Assembly (NCBI GenBank): GCA_047967505.1 | Contig: CM106538.1 | Length of the DNA: 64,000 nucleotides | From: Dipteris shenzhenensis | Lineage: Eukaryota | Reading direction: 5' to 3' (one strand) | Shown: piece after piece, positions 12,372 through 26,832 of the stretch | Layout of the letters: each line of letters begins with the position of its first letter | Numbering within the stretch: position 1 is the stretch's first letter | Translations under genes and position numbers: made by a program | The notes under the pieces: model-generated | What the model was told of the DNA's origin: nothing | Databases searched by the model: none | Seen by the model: the letters and a program-made list of their open reading frames with translations, nothing else

Positions 12372-13499
12372 AAGAGAGGGTGGGACTCCGAGACCATCTA
12401 AGCAAACACAACACTCCCAGTGTCAACAAGTAGAGTCCCAGACCCCTTGAGTTGAGCCTTCATATGGAAGGTGGGCCAAGGTAGGGGGAAAAAAGTGGAG
12501 CAAATGGGCCAAAAAGAATCAACGGCATCATGCCAACAATGACAAGAGGTGAGCATAGGCAACAACGTAGGCATAGGGACACAGGGCCCACTGACAGTAG
12601 TACCATGGGTCCACTGACATGAGTAACACAGAACCTAGAGAGAGAGCCTTCGATTTCAAGACATTCTTTAGGTCCCTTTAGAGGAGCAACTTCCCGCTTG
12701 CCATCACCCCCCCGTAGCATTAGGAGCAAACATCAGAGACTCTTAGAGCACCAGTACCCCCAACCCCTCCTCAGGAATTGGAAAGGAGCCATAGGAACAA
12801 TAGGCTCCACCATCGCAGGACCAATCGATTGAGACAATGATAGACCCCGCCCTACCACCTTCCCCATCACCCCCAAATCCACCTACCCACTCTCCGCAAC
12901 CCCCCACTACACCTTCCTCGGCCAATTGTTTCTCCTATAGTGATTACCCTCATCACTTGCCTCCCTTCGCCAGCCCCCTCCCCTCCTTCTCAGTTAGTAG
13001 TAGCCAGAGGCCTCTTCCTTGGGTAGCCCACTAGGCCTGATAGGGGGCATGTGAGTAAGGGAAACGTGTGGCCTCTACGCTGTCCTCTCCACAATAGCAG
13101 GGCAGTGCTTTGGTCATACATGGTATAGGTTCTTCTCATACCTTTGGGGAGAGGGAACCCATGACAGAGTCCTCAAGCCTCCACATGCATACGGGTCGAC
13201 CCTTGTTGAGGGAGTTTTGGTGCAGCTAGGACTGTTGAACTACTTGGAGATCACGAATGCGTACTTGATGCCCTTGGAGTTGACCATCCTGATCCTCTAG
13301 CCTCGAGGCATGGGATCTCATACCCACTGAGTTTGAATCGCATTCGGATCCTCCATTTTGCCTCCACAGGGGTGGGATCTCGTACCTACCCAACTTGGCA
13401 ATCCTCCATTTTGCCTCCACGGGGTGGAGAATTGGACCCCTAAGCTTTTTGACAAGATGATGGAGCACCATGGATATCAAATGATGGATGATTGTTGGC

Positions 13500-16400
13500 T
13501 GGGACCACAGGGTATGGATCTCAAGTAGGCCCATGGCAGTTTTGCACACTTTTAGCTTGGCTTTTCTCCAATAAAGCCCGTCATGTTTGGTGATAAGCTA
13601 TGATCCGTTTGCCCTCATAGGTAGTTTGCTCACAGCTCCACTACTAGACGTTGCAAATTGCACCGACATCTTTGGTGTAGATGTTTCTTTTATGCAATAT
13701 TGGGCTTGGAAGGTTGGGATTGACCCAGTTGCGACCCTGATTCATCAGCGAATGAACATAGATTGCTCGCATCAAAACCCCCGGCAAAGTTGCTTAAATC
13801 CAAATTTCTAGAATAGGCTCCCACACACAAGCGAGCCTTGTTCCCTTCTGTCCCTTCCTCATGAGCTTGACAGTGGTGAGTTGAAATGTGTGTGAGCTCC
13901 ATGACCATGCATGTAGCCAACCGCCATAGTATTTGTGATTCCATGCCAAGAATTGCAACGAGCTCTAGTGGGTAGACCAGTTGATCTTCTCTTGATTCAA
14001 AAGCATGTATTCTCAATAGCAGACATATCACACCACCACCATCTTCTCCTCGGGAGGGCCCCGGGGATTTGGTCCCCATCTGTTGGTAGGAGTGGCGGAG
14101 TATGCATTTTGGTTTCTCAAGCGATGACCTCATAGGTTTTTACATAGGGTGAGCTCTTCCCAGTCTGTGCAATTTGGGTGGGCCTTCAGGTAGGAGAGGC
14201 CTAGATCAGTATCTTGAACCTATCCACACCTGCTTGCAGGCAGCACCATCCAGCTTTCAGGGCAGCTGCTCATGGATCACCTCCTAGAGGTGAACTCATG
14301 GATTGTTGGGGGGGACTTCAATAAACTTAAGTTCATGGAGGATAAGCAAAGAGGTGCCTCATTCACAGAGATGAGGACTACCTAAACCTAACTATTTTGA
14401 TACCTCTACATCTCTAGGTCCTTGCAAAAAAATTTAAGGATTTATTTTTAGTAACAACTAGCTGCAAAGGAAATTCTGTCACATCACATAACCTGTACAA
14501 CTTTCTAAATGAAGCAATTGTTTAGATGATCAACTCCCCATCTATAAGCCCCCATATGAGGAGGGCATGGGGGAGGGAGACCTAGGGCAAGAGCTGCCAC
14601 ATGGGCATCTGTTTGGATGCCATGTGAGCAGCATGCCCAAAGGAAAGAACAGAGAGAGGGGGCTGCCACATGGGCAGCACCTCACAGAAAGGGGCTGCCA
14701 CATAGACAACATCATGGCAGTCATGTGGGCAGCAATCCAGGGTTCATAGTTGGAGGAATACAAGCAACTTGAATAGCCAAAAATGATACCTTTGGGATGC
14801 TGGTGTCTCTGTAGCAAATGTACATACTGATAGAGATGCGGTCTGCACTTTTCCTTTGGCCAACATTGGCACGATGAACTCTTAGAGCATTTAGAGAGAT
14901 TCTACATTGTTGATTGAGCTCTTCTACACGGCGGCTTCATAGGCATTCTAGCAGGCATAGACCACTCGCCAGTAGTCCTTTACTTAGAGCAGCCCCGTCG
15001 TGGAGTAGTCCTTCACTTAGAGCAGCCCCATCGTGGACTCCCCCAGAAGGGGGTCCATATACCAGATGGTCTCTTACAGGATGAGGATGTCCAACAACTA
15101 ATGGCAAAGATATGGAGACACCTCGAGGATAGTCCTATCGAGGATAGTTATTGAGGATAAGAGACACATCGAGGATACTCGTATTGAGGGATGGGTGACA
15201 TGGGTGGCAGAGCAGATTTAGCGGAGTAGCAAGGAACTATAGGGCCAGGCCATGGGATAGAGTGCTGCCATTCATAAGCAAGAGCAAAATTTATGTAGAG
15301 ACCTTGCATCATCGAGAGACTTAAGGACTAGGACCTGGGGTCCCAATGGCTCAGGGATCATCCAGAGAGTGCACGCTCAGAGCTACAAGACTTGGAGGTC
15401 CACAGAGCATAGTTCTCTAGGGGCAGATGCACTAAGACCCCCCATGAGATCCTTGAAATGACCACAACCACTTATCACCAGCTTTTTTAGTCGGATGAGA
15501 CCTCACCCACCTGGCTTCTGACTAGAAAGGCAATTTGGGAGCAAGTCCCCACACTATTGTTTCAGAGGGTCTTAGCAGATGCCTAGAGATGCCCTTCACA
15601 GATGAGGAGATATGGGAGGCCTTACAGGCACTTCCAGCTCAGATGTGGCCAAGGGAGGATGGCTTGACCCCGCTTTTTTTGTTGTTTTTGGGAGCACATC
15701 TCCTTTCATTCCGATTAGTTTGCCAAGAGATCTTTGATTCAGGATCCCTTCCTCACATTCCTTGAGCAGGGGTTGGATATGCCTGATTTTGAAGGGAGGA
15801 GATGCTTGATTCTGAAGGGAGGAGATAGATCTGATATTTGCAAATGGAGGCCGATTACCCTCCTCGACACAGCTTACCAGATCTTGGCCAAGGTCTTGAG
15901 TTTGCGCCTGAGACCCCATCTTCCAGACATCATCCACAAAATGCATACTAGCTTTGTACCAGGAGCGCAGCATCCTAGATAGTCACCTTCTGGAAGGCAA
16001 TGGATTGGGCCAGGGAGGAGGTGCATCCTCTCGTAATCCTACTTCTCGACTTTGAGAAGGCATATGGTAGAATTGAGTGGTCCTTCTTGGAGGAGACTAT
16101 GCAAAGACTCGACTTTTCAGAGAGATGGAGTAGGGGACTATACGGAGTCTCGGCTCTTTATGCAGGCACTTCTAGCCAAGGGATCATTGGGGGCATACAG
16201 GACATGTCTTTCCACTTTCCCGTTCAATGAGACAAGGCTGCCCATTTGCCCCTTATCTCTTTCTTTTTGTGGCAGAAGCCTTGGGCTATTTTATGCGTTC
16301 GCAAGCACTTGGCTTTACAAGGATAAGGCTACTGATTTGGCAGGAGGAGTCCTAGATTTAGAGTTTGCAAATGATATTGTGCTCTATGTTGAAGGCTCCA

Positions 16401-16920
16401 CAGTTAGCCTAGAGAGGGTTAGAGGAGCATTGTCCATTTATTGTGATGCCTCCGAAGTTCACATAAAGTGGACCAAATATGTTGGTTTCTTCATAGGTAT
16501 AGAGGTGACCCAGGAGGTCCAAGGTTGTGGAGCAAATTTTGGCTTTTCAATGGATCCCAAATGGAGAGATGGCCAGGTACTTGGGCTGTCAGGTAGGCAT
16601 TGACATCTCGGCAGAGCAATAGTTCAGCCCAGTTCTGGAGAGTGATCGGTGAAAGCTCTTATACTGGAGCTCCACCAAGCTCTTGCTAGTAGGTCAAGCA
16701 CTAGTGATGAACCAGGTCCTCCTTGCCACATCATGCCACGTCGCTTCTTACTGGTGCTTTCACCAAGGCTGCATGGGGTAGCTATGATGCTTAGTTTGAA
16801 ATTTTCTCTGATTGGGATCAGATGGCAAGCGCAACACCAGGGCTAGGGTGGCTTGGCAAATAATGATCTTGCCCTAGCCATAGGGTGGACTTGGCATTAG
16901 GACTTGGCATTATTGATCCA
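13500..16920 (+). mobile_element. Degenerate L1-type LINE (APE endonuclease plus RT), interrupted ~14385-14820
   Basis: WIVGGDFN (~14300) and DHSPV (~14960). PREDGLTP, WRPITLLDTAYQILAKVL, LLLDFEKAYGRIEW, EFANDIVLYV and YLG motifs span 15530-16600 with many frameshifts. Confidence 0.8.
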
Positions 16921-16949
16921 GAGATGCAAAGTAGAGTCCTCTTGGGCAA

Positions 16950-18500
16950 GCAAAGATATAAGGTAGGATATATGCTTCAAAAGGTAGACTTTACAAGGCA
17001 TATGATGGGCTAGATTCTCATTTTCTTCTTCAATCCCTAATGGACATGGGGATGGGGAGAGAATTTACAAGTTTCATTAGGATCCTACTCACCAATGCTT
17101 TAGCCAAAGTGGACAACAGTGGTGAACTTTCAAATTCTTTCCAATTGAAGAACTCAATAAGTTCCTCTACTTTTTGCCATAGCTACAATTGCTCTAGGAT
17201 GGCTCATATCTCATGAGATAAAGAATGGAGACACCAAAGTCATAGGCTTTCTGATGGATCACAATTGGTTAACCAACAATTTGTAGATGGCACCATGCTT
17301 ACACCTAGATACACTAAAAAGGATGTGTCAGGTGTTATAGCTTGCCTTAACATGTTTTGTCCAGTCTCTAGATCCCTTATCAATCACACAAAGGTAGCTT
17401 ACTCTTCTAATAAACGGCCAACCTTCTCTAGAGACCAAGAGATTTTACATGATTAAGAAGGAAACATCATTTATATTGCTAGCATTTTTATGGGTTTTGG
17501 AATGTCTATAAAACAAATATGGTATTGGTCTTAGAGAAATGGTAGAAAAAGGTGGAGAAGTTGAAAGTCTTTTAAGCTAGCTTGGCTAGGAATATGATGG
17601 TCCTCAATGACAACATCTGTCCTATAACCATCTAGCCTCCCTCCAACAAAGATCTGTATCAGTTTGTCATATTTGTACGTCCTTTCTGTAGGGATGATCT
17701 AGCTCTAAGAGAGTTGAAGAAATTAAGGCATGGATACTGTGATTAAGGAAGAATGACTTCATGCTAATAGACTCCATGTGTTTTTTAAATATTTTCAACA
17801 ATGAATTAGTAATTAGAATATACCTCAAGCTTGGTCACTTCTAGAAAAGGTGTTGCAAGTTTTTTTCTATTATCAAGAATTACCAACTTACTAACTAGAA
17901 TGTACCTCATTCTTGGTCAATTTTAGAAAGAGGTTGTAATTAATTAGAAAGGGGCTACAATTGTGGGTCAGTTGTAGGGCAGAGTCGAGTTAAAGTGGAA
18001 GAAATGGCCAATAATAAGGAAGGGGTTTGGTCTCAATGATAGAGACAAGAAGCTAGTATATCAAATGTTGAGTCTTATGGAGGGGATTCTCATAACTAAT
18101 TTTTAGCAAAGAGTTTAGCTAGGTAGGTAGCAACTCCAATCCCCTTATACCTAGACCCAAAGAGGACACTAATGAGTTGATTGGAACCCTTGCTATGAGA
18201 TGGTCCAAACCAGACTACACTTTCTCTTAGTACAAAAAATTTAAAGGCATATGGCTTAAAATCATACCAGAGCAAATGCCTTTCCATATGTGGTTATCCT
18301 TACACAAAGCTATGTGGCCAAACTCTAGGAGCCTGAGGATTTACACAAAGTTGTGTGGCCAAACTCTAGGATTCTGAGGATAGGTAAGTCGGATGGAAGG
18401 TTTAAGAGCATGCTAATGGTCAATAGAAGATGTCTTCCACCCTTTTGTTATATGCCCACTTGAAAGGAGAGTATGGAAGAAAATAATTTGCTTATGGGAA
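16950..18500 (+). mobile_element. Second, highly decayed L1-type LINE ORF2 remnant
   Basis: KVDF.KAYD-like at ~16980, QQFVDGTML (FADD-like) at ~17280, and a zf-RVT-like LWVILHK...EDVFHP...CP at ~18290-18460. Confidence 0.55.
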
Positions 18501-21500
18501 ATCCAATTACCTATAGTGCAATTTGCTAGGTGATGCTTGCAAAATTAGGAGACAATGAGGGCCAAAAGTCAAAGCACATGGATTATGGTCGATATGGATT
18601 TCCATAAATGAGTTCTATCTTAAGATGCTAGTGTTGATCCCAAAATATATTTCCTATTGTGGTTTAGCAAGAGGACTAGAAAAGTTATACAAAAGACACC
18701 AACTTGTAGTATATGCAATTGAAACTAAAAGAATGAGAGCTATTACTATCTCTATTACTATTCTTGGAGCTACTATTGAGATGGCATTTTTTGTGGCTAT
18801 TATTCCAAATATTATTACTAGAGTTGATGCTACTACTACAGTTCTCTTTGGAGCATCTACTATTGTTGTTGGCATTGTCTACGAGTCATCACATATAGAG
18901 TTTTTGGATGTTTAGCACTTCCTTGGCTATGTTTATATGGAATAAGTTTTGGCTACCTATTCGAACCTACTAATTGCTTGTCACATGGGCTCTACATAGT
19001 TACTAAGTACTTCTACACTTATGGGTATTAGCATCAAAGTCTCGTATATTTGTTGGCACGTCCAAAAATAATATAGAAGAAATTATGTAAAAATCTTTCT
19101 TTGATATATAAAAACTATCACCTCCAAAAAAAAGACAATCTCCACTATGTTTCAAATTTGAAAGCAATAATAAGTACCCTTGACAAAATTAGAGGAATAT
19201 AGACAATGAGATTTATGATCTTTTTGATTCTAGCATATGTAAAGTACTATAATACCCAAAAAAGGGTGTGCTTTTGGTACTCTAATTTTGATATATTAGA
19301 TGGAAGGTATTCTTCTCGCGCGGAAGTATGTGGGTATACAAAATTCACAATGGCACTCTCTCATCTAAGCACATGCACTTTCACTTTGATGGATTAAGCT
19401 AAATCAATGCTAATCCAATAAAAATATTGTTGACACATTAGAAGTGTGGAAATGTTGGTGGATAAGAAAAGAAGAATATAATTCCAAGCTATTATATTAT
19501 AGTAGAAACAAATATAGTGAATTACACTTTGTAATCTTTATTAAAAAAAGTAAATTACACATTGTAATGTATCAACAATAGGAAATATCATTAGACCTAG
19601 AGAAAACCAAAACACTATGCCTACACAATGGTAGGAGGACCCTAGATAAATTGCAAGAGTGGCATAAGAAGGACCAAATCTAACAGTTCAACCAAATCAT
19701 TCCAATAAATGGAAAGAGTAGGAAGAGATCTTTGTATGCAAAAAATAGCATCCTAGTTTATATTTTGCTTGTCTTTACTCGCATTTTCACTTGGGTATAT
19801 TATTAGATACCTCTATGATGTACATATTCTCTCTTTTTGGATCTACATCTATGTTACTTTTTAGATCTACAATTGCATTTTTGTTAGGATGATGGTCATG
19901 TTCATATACTAGTTAAAACAAGTATGTTCATTCCAACAAAAATGTCTGTTATATTTAAAGGAATTTCTAAAGAAAAATTGGCCATGTAGCAAAAGCCATA
20001 ATGATACTTGGAGCATTATCTTATATGGGAAGTGTCCATCAGCGACACCCCTCGCATGTGTTTCTCCCCTAGACTCATTGGGTAGGCACTATAGTTGCAA
20101 GATAAGTTTTTGTGAGGTCTCACCCAACTTACGGAAATTAAAAGATCCAAACATATGGATGGTAAGGTAGGATCATAAGATTAGACACTACAATCTACGA
20201 GGAAATAACAATTGTGTCGTGTGAATGTCTAAATGGCTAAGGGATGCTTCCCATCCAAATTCTAGTTTTGTTTTTATGCCTTGTAGTAAAGGTGTCATCT
20301 ATGGGTTTCAACAAATTTTAACACTTTATTGTATAAATGGTGCCAATTGGTGACCAACATGTGCTAATGGATTGTGTGTAGGGTTCCAATCCAATTTCTA
20401 AGCCCACCCATGGGAGTTTCCAATCCTCTCTAATGAATCTAAGGATATGGGTCTCCTTTAATTATAGACATTATATTTCTTCTTCCATGTTCACCCTACT
20501 TGGTTATTTCCACATGGCAATCTCACACATAGCTTGCCAAACCATATGTTACACCCCTCAAGCCATATGTGGCCTCTCACTTACATGTGTCTAATGAGGG
20601 AGGTAATCTAGCCCTCTTACTTGTGGCAGAGTATGCTACATGTCACAAGGGGGGGCTTCTTTTATCATCACCTTGATGTCATCATTCACATCCATTTATG
20701 CACTTTCGCATGCACAAAGGTTTGTTGCATGGCATGCCTAATTACCGCCTATTGTAGTGCATTTTATGGACCTCTACCCATTCAATCAATCTCATCCAGC
20801 CTCCTATGCATCACTTGCTCCACCTTTTTTTGGGTCATTTCATGTAGTCAATGCCCTTGTAATTTTTACACGGGTCATCTTTGCTACTACTAAGTCGTTG
20901 TGTGTCCTTTGGTATTTAGTTCATAGTCAAGCTATCATGATTTGTGCACGTTATACCTTTGCCATATAGCATGCAGCTTTAGAGTGGAGCTATTGTAGTG
21001 TTCCACAATAGCTTTCCTATGAGTGCTATACTTATTACACATGTGGGCTTATGGTTCCTTCTAGTCGTTGGTGTTTGTATGTATTGCTAGCTATAGCTAT
21101 GCACTCGCCAAACTTGCCATTATATACATGACTTTTATATGTGAGAATCTTGCTATTTGCAACGTGATAAGTAGCACTATCTATAGGTGGCTAGGTGGTG
21201 GAATTAGGACTCTACATGCTAGTGACATGCATTGGTCATCGATTGCCCTCATTTCTACATGGTCCTAGAGAAAAGATAATGGTAGCATTGATTAAAAAAA
21301 AGAGACACACTCATAGATTGGGTGCAATCCCCCAAAATGGTTCTAGGGTATGGGCCTCCTCTACTTTTAGCCATTATATGGTTACTTCCATGTCACCATT
21401 GTATATGTGGGATTATTTATCTTGGCTACATGGGGCTTGCCAAACCATATGTTTTGGTGTTTACATTATAGCTTTTTTATGAATCCTTTCCATTTTCCTA

Positions 21501-21636
21501 TGCAAGGTTTTAACATTTACACACATCTTGGCGTGTTTCTTCACCATGTCTCCTATTGCAAAATTGGAGGAAGAGATACAATGATATGTATAGTCTTTTT
21601 TATTTAGCTTATTTATGTTGCTAATAACAATAAAAA

Positions 21637-21934
21637 TGTTGAGATATCAAGCTCTATCCCCGACATATCTCCTGGATGACTATCATTTATGTCACCGCCT
21701 ATGTTAGTTGTACTCGTGGTGTAGTTAGACTACCACGTATGTTTTTGGTTTGGGTTCACATATGAACCACGTATTCTAGGTTTTGACATATAGGGTATTT
21801 CCCTCTTCTATTGTATAGTTGTTGTGTGCAAAAGTGAAGAAAGGCTTCACCCTCCAACCTTGTGTCCTCTCTCTTTTGTGTGTTGTGAATAAAGCTGAAC
21901 TTGAGTCTCCTATCTCTCTCCCTCTTTCTTTACA
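21637..21934 (+). repeat. 5' LTR (298 bp)
   Basis: tgttgagata...ctttaca, repeated at 26790-27099. Confidence 0.95.
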
Positions 21935-22495
21935 TGGTATCAGAGCCTTGTTCGTGGTAAGGAGCTCAAGACAGAAAGCCAAGTTTGTGGTGTCCTGGTA
22001 AGAGGACCAGTGTTGCTTTCCTACTTCGAGTTTGGGAGCAAATCTCTGCAGGTAGCACAGCCAGAAGTGCAGGAGTGCACTGCTTCAGATTGAGAGGCCC
22101 TTCGCGGTGCGGCGAGAGCGCAGTATATGCTGCGGGAAAAAGGCGAAGCCCTCGGTGACTTTATTTTTCTGATTTGAGGCCGTTTCGGGGCCCGTTTTGA
22201 AGGCGGAAGTTCTTCGCAGGCACTCAGAAAAAGGCCCTGTTTTTGCTGTGCGACCACCGCGCGGCTAGTCGGTGGAAAGGTGCCACCGAAATTGCATCGT
22301 ATGCCTATGTGCAGAGATATTGGGAGTTGCAGATTCATGCCTGTTGCCTGTTGATGCAAAATCGTCACGAGGAAGTGACTGTGTGGTGAAATACCACTTT
22401 CGTCAGTGTTGCAGATCTGCCCCTGTGAGGCTTTTCGCAAAAGTTTTGCTATTTGCCCTTGTGAGGCATTTGCTGTGTTTACAGGTTGCTGTAAA

Positions 22496-25400
22496 ATGTC
22501 TGAGAATCTGTCTACCATTGTCAGTGAGAAGCTTGACAAGAACAACTTCCAAGCATGGAAGTTCAGGATGACAAACTTCCTTATGGGAAAGGGAGTTTGG
22601 GATTACATCAGTGGTGAAACTACAGAACCAGTTTTGGGTGCTGCTCCTACTCCTGCTGAATTGAAGGCCTTTAAAGAATGGCATGAAAAAGCCAGAAAAT
22701 GCCTGTATTGGCTGTCCGTTAGCATTTCAGATTCTATGATTGTGCATATACAGGATCTAGAGACGCCTAAGAAGGCATGGGATACATTGGTGAAGCTGTA
22801 TAGCACAAATACCAAAGCACGAAAGATGCAGCTAAAGCAGGAGTTGCACAATGTGCAAAGGAAAAATCTGAATATAAATGAGTATTCCTTGAAGGTGAAA
22901 GGCCTTGCAGATTCTCTTGCCTCCATTGGAGCACCTGTTGATGATGAGGACTTAGTGTCTGTGACCTTGAATGGTCTTGGGAAAGATTATGCACAATTTC
23001 GGACATCCATTGGAGTCCGTGAAACATTTCCTGATTTTCAGGAACTTATTGCTCTCTTGCTGAGTGAAGAGCAAAGGAATGGTGGTTCAGCCACCTCAAC
23101 TTCTCAAGAGACTGCTTTCTACTCGAATACAGGTAGAGGCAGGGGTAGAGGAAGAGGCCGTTCTGGTGGCCGTGCAGGAAATCAAAACCAACAGCAACAA
23201 CAGGAAAACCAGTCCTATGGAGGAGGACGTGGTAGTTCTAGAGGCAGGGGGAGCCAAAGAGGCCGTGGTTCATGGCAAAGGAACCAGCAAGTAAATAGCA
23301 GCATAGAATGCTATTATTGTGGAAAGCCTGGACACAAGGAGAATACATGCTATAAAAAGCAGAATGACATCAAAAGTGGAAAGTTGCAGCAAAGCAACTA
23401 TGCATCATCAAGTGGGCATGGTGACGACAGAAATGAGCACCTTTTTGTGATGCAGCATATGGTTAACTCCATGTCAGGAGATGCTGCAGCTTGCAATGAT
23501 GTTTGGTATGTTGATTCAGGTGCCTCTAACCACATGACCAGTCATGGTGAGTGGTTTCATGATGTCAGAAATTTGGATAAGCCAGGTTATGTTGAAACAG
23601 GTGATGATACTGCGCACCCAATTACGCAGGTTGGTAAAGTGCCATTGGCTATGCAGGATGGCAAAACAAGTACTTGGCAGATGTACTTCATGTTCCAAAA
23701 ATCACTAAGAACCTGGTTTCAGTTGGCCAGATGGTTGAGCAAGGTCTGCAGGTTAGATTTAATCCTGATGGATGCTTTGTTGAGGACCTGAAAAATAAGT
23801 GCCGCTTGGTTGCAAAAGGCAACAAAAATGGTAGAATGTTCACCTTGGATGTTGATATGCCTGAGGTGAAAGCTGCTATGTTTGCGCATGGGAGAGGTGT
23901 CATTGCAGATATTGAGATATGGCACAAGCGCATTGGGCACGTGAATATACAAAGGCTGAAATCTATGCAAACGAAAAACATTGTTGCAGGTTTGCCTAAA
24001 TTCAGAGTTGAGGGAATGCAAAAGTTATGTGAAGCAGGCCAGACATGCATTTCCTAAAAATGCTAAGGTGAGCAGAAGACCTTTGGAAGTGATCCATTCA
24101 GATGTTTGGACAACCAAAGCTGCTTCTATTGGTGGATGCCATTATTATGTGACGTTTATTGATGACTACACAAGGAAGGTGTGGATTTATTTTATGAAGC
24201 ACAAAAGTGAAGTGTTCAGCCATTTCAAGGCTTTTAAGGCCATGGTTGAAAAAGAGAAAGGTGTGCATATTAAAGTGCTAAGATCTGATGGAGGGGGAGA
24301 GTACTTTTCAGAAGAATTTTGTGAATATCTGAAAGAACAGGGAATTCAAAGGAAGTACTCATGCAGGTCTACCCCTCAGCAGAATGGGGTTGCAGAAAGG
24401 AAGAACATGCATATTGCAGAAGTAGGACGGGCGATCCTAAATGAGAAAAACATGCCTGATTATTTTTGGGCTGAAGCAGTAGCAACTGCTGTTTATATTA
24501 TGAACAGAACCCCCACTGCAGCTGTCCATGGCATGACGCCTGAAGAAATGTATACAGGCCAAAAACCAGATATTTCTCACTTGAAGGTATTTGGTTGCAT
24601 AGCTTATGTTCATGTTCCTGATGAGAAGAGAACAAAGCTGGATCCAAAGGCAGAAAAATGCATCTTTATTGGATATGCTCAGCACCAGAAAGGGTATCGC
24701 TGTTATAACCCTTCCACCCGCAAAATGCAAGTGAGCAGAGATGTTGTTTTTGATGAAATGAGCAGCTGGTATGCACCAACTGTTATGGTAGGAGATGTAG
24801 ATGCAGGAAATGGGAATGCTGCAATAAATGCAGAGCAGCAATCTCAAGCCTTGAGTGGACCTAGAGAGTCCTCTACTAGTGGATCTAATGCATGGACAGG
24901 GAGATTGAGATCTAGTGAATCGTCACATGGCAGTCCTGATAGTGTTGTGCAGGTATCACATAAGGGAAAAGAAAAAGTGGACCATGCTCCAGTATTTGAT
25001 GTGTCTGCTGGTAGTTCTCATGTTGATGGAGAGTCAAGCGGCTCTGAAATGAGCCTTGATGAGGAACTTGGGATTCCTTCTGTTGTTACACCTGGTGCAA
25101 GGAAAAGCATGCATGATTTAAAGATGCCTGCAACTGATCCAGTTGTACGGAGGTCCACTCGTATTAAGTATCCAGTTGACAGGCTGAGATATGATGGGTA
25201 TACAGCACATCACTATGCTTATATGGTCAAGGTTCTAGAGGAGCCAGAGCCCACATGTTTTGAGGATGCAGCAGGGCATAAAAATTAGGAAGCACTATGG
25301 ATGAAGAGATGGCTGCCTTGGATGCAAACCACACTTGGGATTTGATGCCTTTGCCTCATGATAAGAAGGCTATTGGCTGCAAGTGGGTTTACAAAGTAAA

Positions 25401-26832
25401 GCACAATGCTGATGGGTCTGTTAGCAAGTACAAGGCAAGATTGGTTGCCAAAGGTTTTGCACAGACATATGGAATTGACTATGAGGAAACTTTCAGCCCA
25501 GTTGCAAGGATGGCAACCGTGAGAGCAGTAATTGCTATGGCTGCTGCAAAGGGATGGTCTTTGCATCAGATGGATGTGAAAAATGCCTTCTTGCATGGTA
25601 ACTTGCAGGAAGAGGTTTATATGATGCAGCCAGAAGGTTATGAGGATAAAGCACACCCCGATTTTGTATGCAGGTTGCGCAAAGCCTTGTATGGCTTAAA
25701 ACAGGCGCCGAGGGCATGGTCAGACAAGATAGGGCAATATCTTGTCACTATTGGATTTCAGATTTCCGATTCAGATTTTTCACTTTATGTGAAAAGGACA
25801 AACAGAGGGATTGTGCTTATAGTCATCTATGTTGATGACTTGATTATTACAGGTGATAGTGATGCAGACATTAATGAAGTGAAGCTGCTGTTGAAGCAGA
25901 AATTTGAGATGAAGGATTTGGGAGAGCTGCGTTACTTCTTGGGCATTGAGGTTATTAGATCCCCGAGTGGGATATGGCTGTTGCAAAGGCAATACGGTTT
26001 GGACATGCTGTCCAAATATGGGATGACAGGCTGTAAGCCTATCTCTGTTCCATTGGAGCAGAATGTGAAGCTCAATGCAGAGTCAGGTGAGCTTCTTGAA
26101 GATATTACTATGTACAGGCGCATAGTAGGTAGCTTGATTTACATGACTATAACCAGACCAGATTTGAGCTATGCTGTGGGGCTGGTGAGTCAGTTTATGC
26201 AGGCACCGAGGAAGCCACATTTGGATGCGGCTAGGCGCATACTGCGGTATGTGAAGTCCACATTGCATTATGGACTGTTTTATGAAGCTGGGTGTGCATT
26301 ACAGGTACATGGATACACAGATGCTGACTGGGCTGGTAGTGTCTCAGACAGGAGATCTACTAGTGGTTTTATGTTTTCCCTTGGGAGTGGTGCCATCAGT
26401 TGGAGCAGCAAGAAGCAGCCAACAGTTGCCTTGTCGAGCACAGAGGCTGAGTACAGGGGTGCAGCAATGGCTGCATGTGAGGTAGCTTGGTTACGAAAGC
26501 TACTTGCAGATATGGGACAGTCAGTTCATGCAGCAGTTGTCATTCATTGTGACAACATTAGCAGCATCATGCTTGCTAATAACCCAGTTTATCATGCTAG
26601 AACGAAGCACATTGAGGTGCATTATCACTTTGTGAGAGAGAAGGTTCTAGCTGGTGAGATTGATCTTGTCTATGTCAGCACTGAGGAGCATGTGGCTGAT
26701 ATCTTTACGAAGGCATTGGGTACCGAGAAGCTTCGCAGATTTAGGAGCTTGCTTGGTGTACGTGAGATGGATTTGAGCTTGAGGGGGAGTGTTGAGATAT
26801 CAAGCTCTATCCCCGACATATCTCCTGGATGA
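22496..26832 (+). pseudogene. Copia gag-pol polyprotein, disrupted by 2 frameshifts and 1 stop
   Basis: MSENLSTIVSEKLDKNNF start, CCHC knuckle, protease WYVDSGAS, integrase HSDVW/RSDGGGEY/NGVAERKN, RT YVDDL, RNase H DADWAG. Breaks at ~23668, ~24035 and TAG 25286-25288. Confidence 0.93.

Noticed and set aside
18625-18915. Hydrophobic ORFs on both strands resembling membrane proteins
   Set aside because: Explained by a (act/att)n-like low-complexity tract.
21947-22495. GC-rich leader of the first copia and antisense ORF 22021-22545 as a possible second gene capture
   Set aside because: I recognised no protein family in any frame. A BLASTX would be needed.
23668-23700. Programmed frameshift between gag and pol
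   Set aside because: The shift falls inside the protease region with no slippery heptamer. Copia normally uses one ORF, so a 1-nt deletion is simpler.
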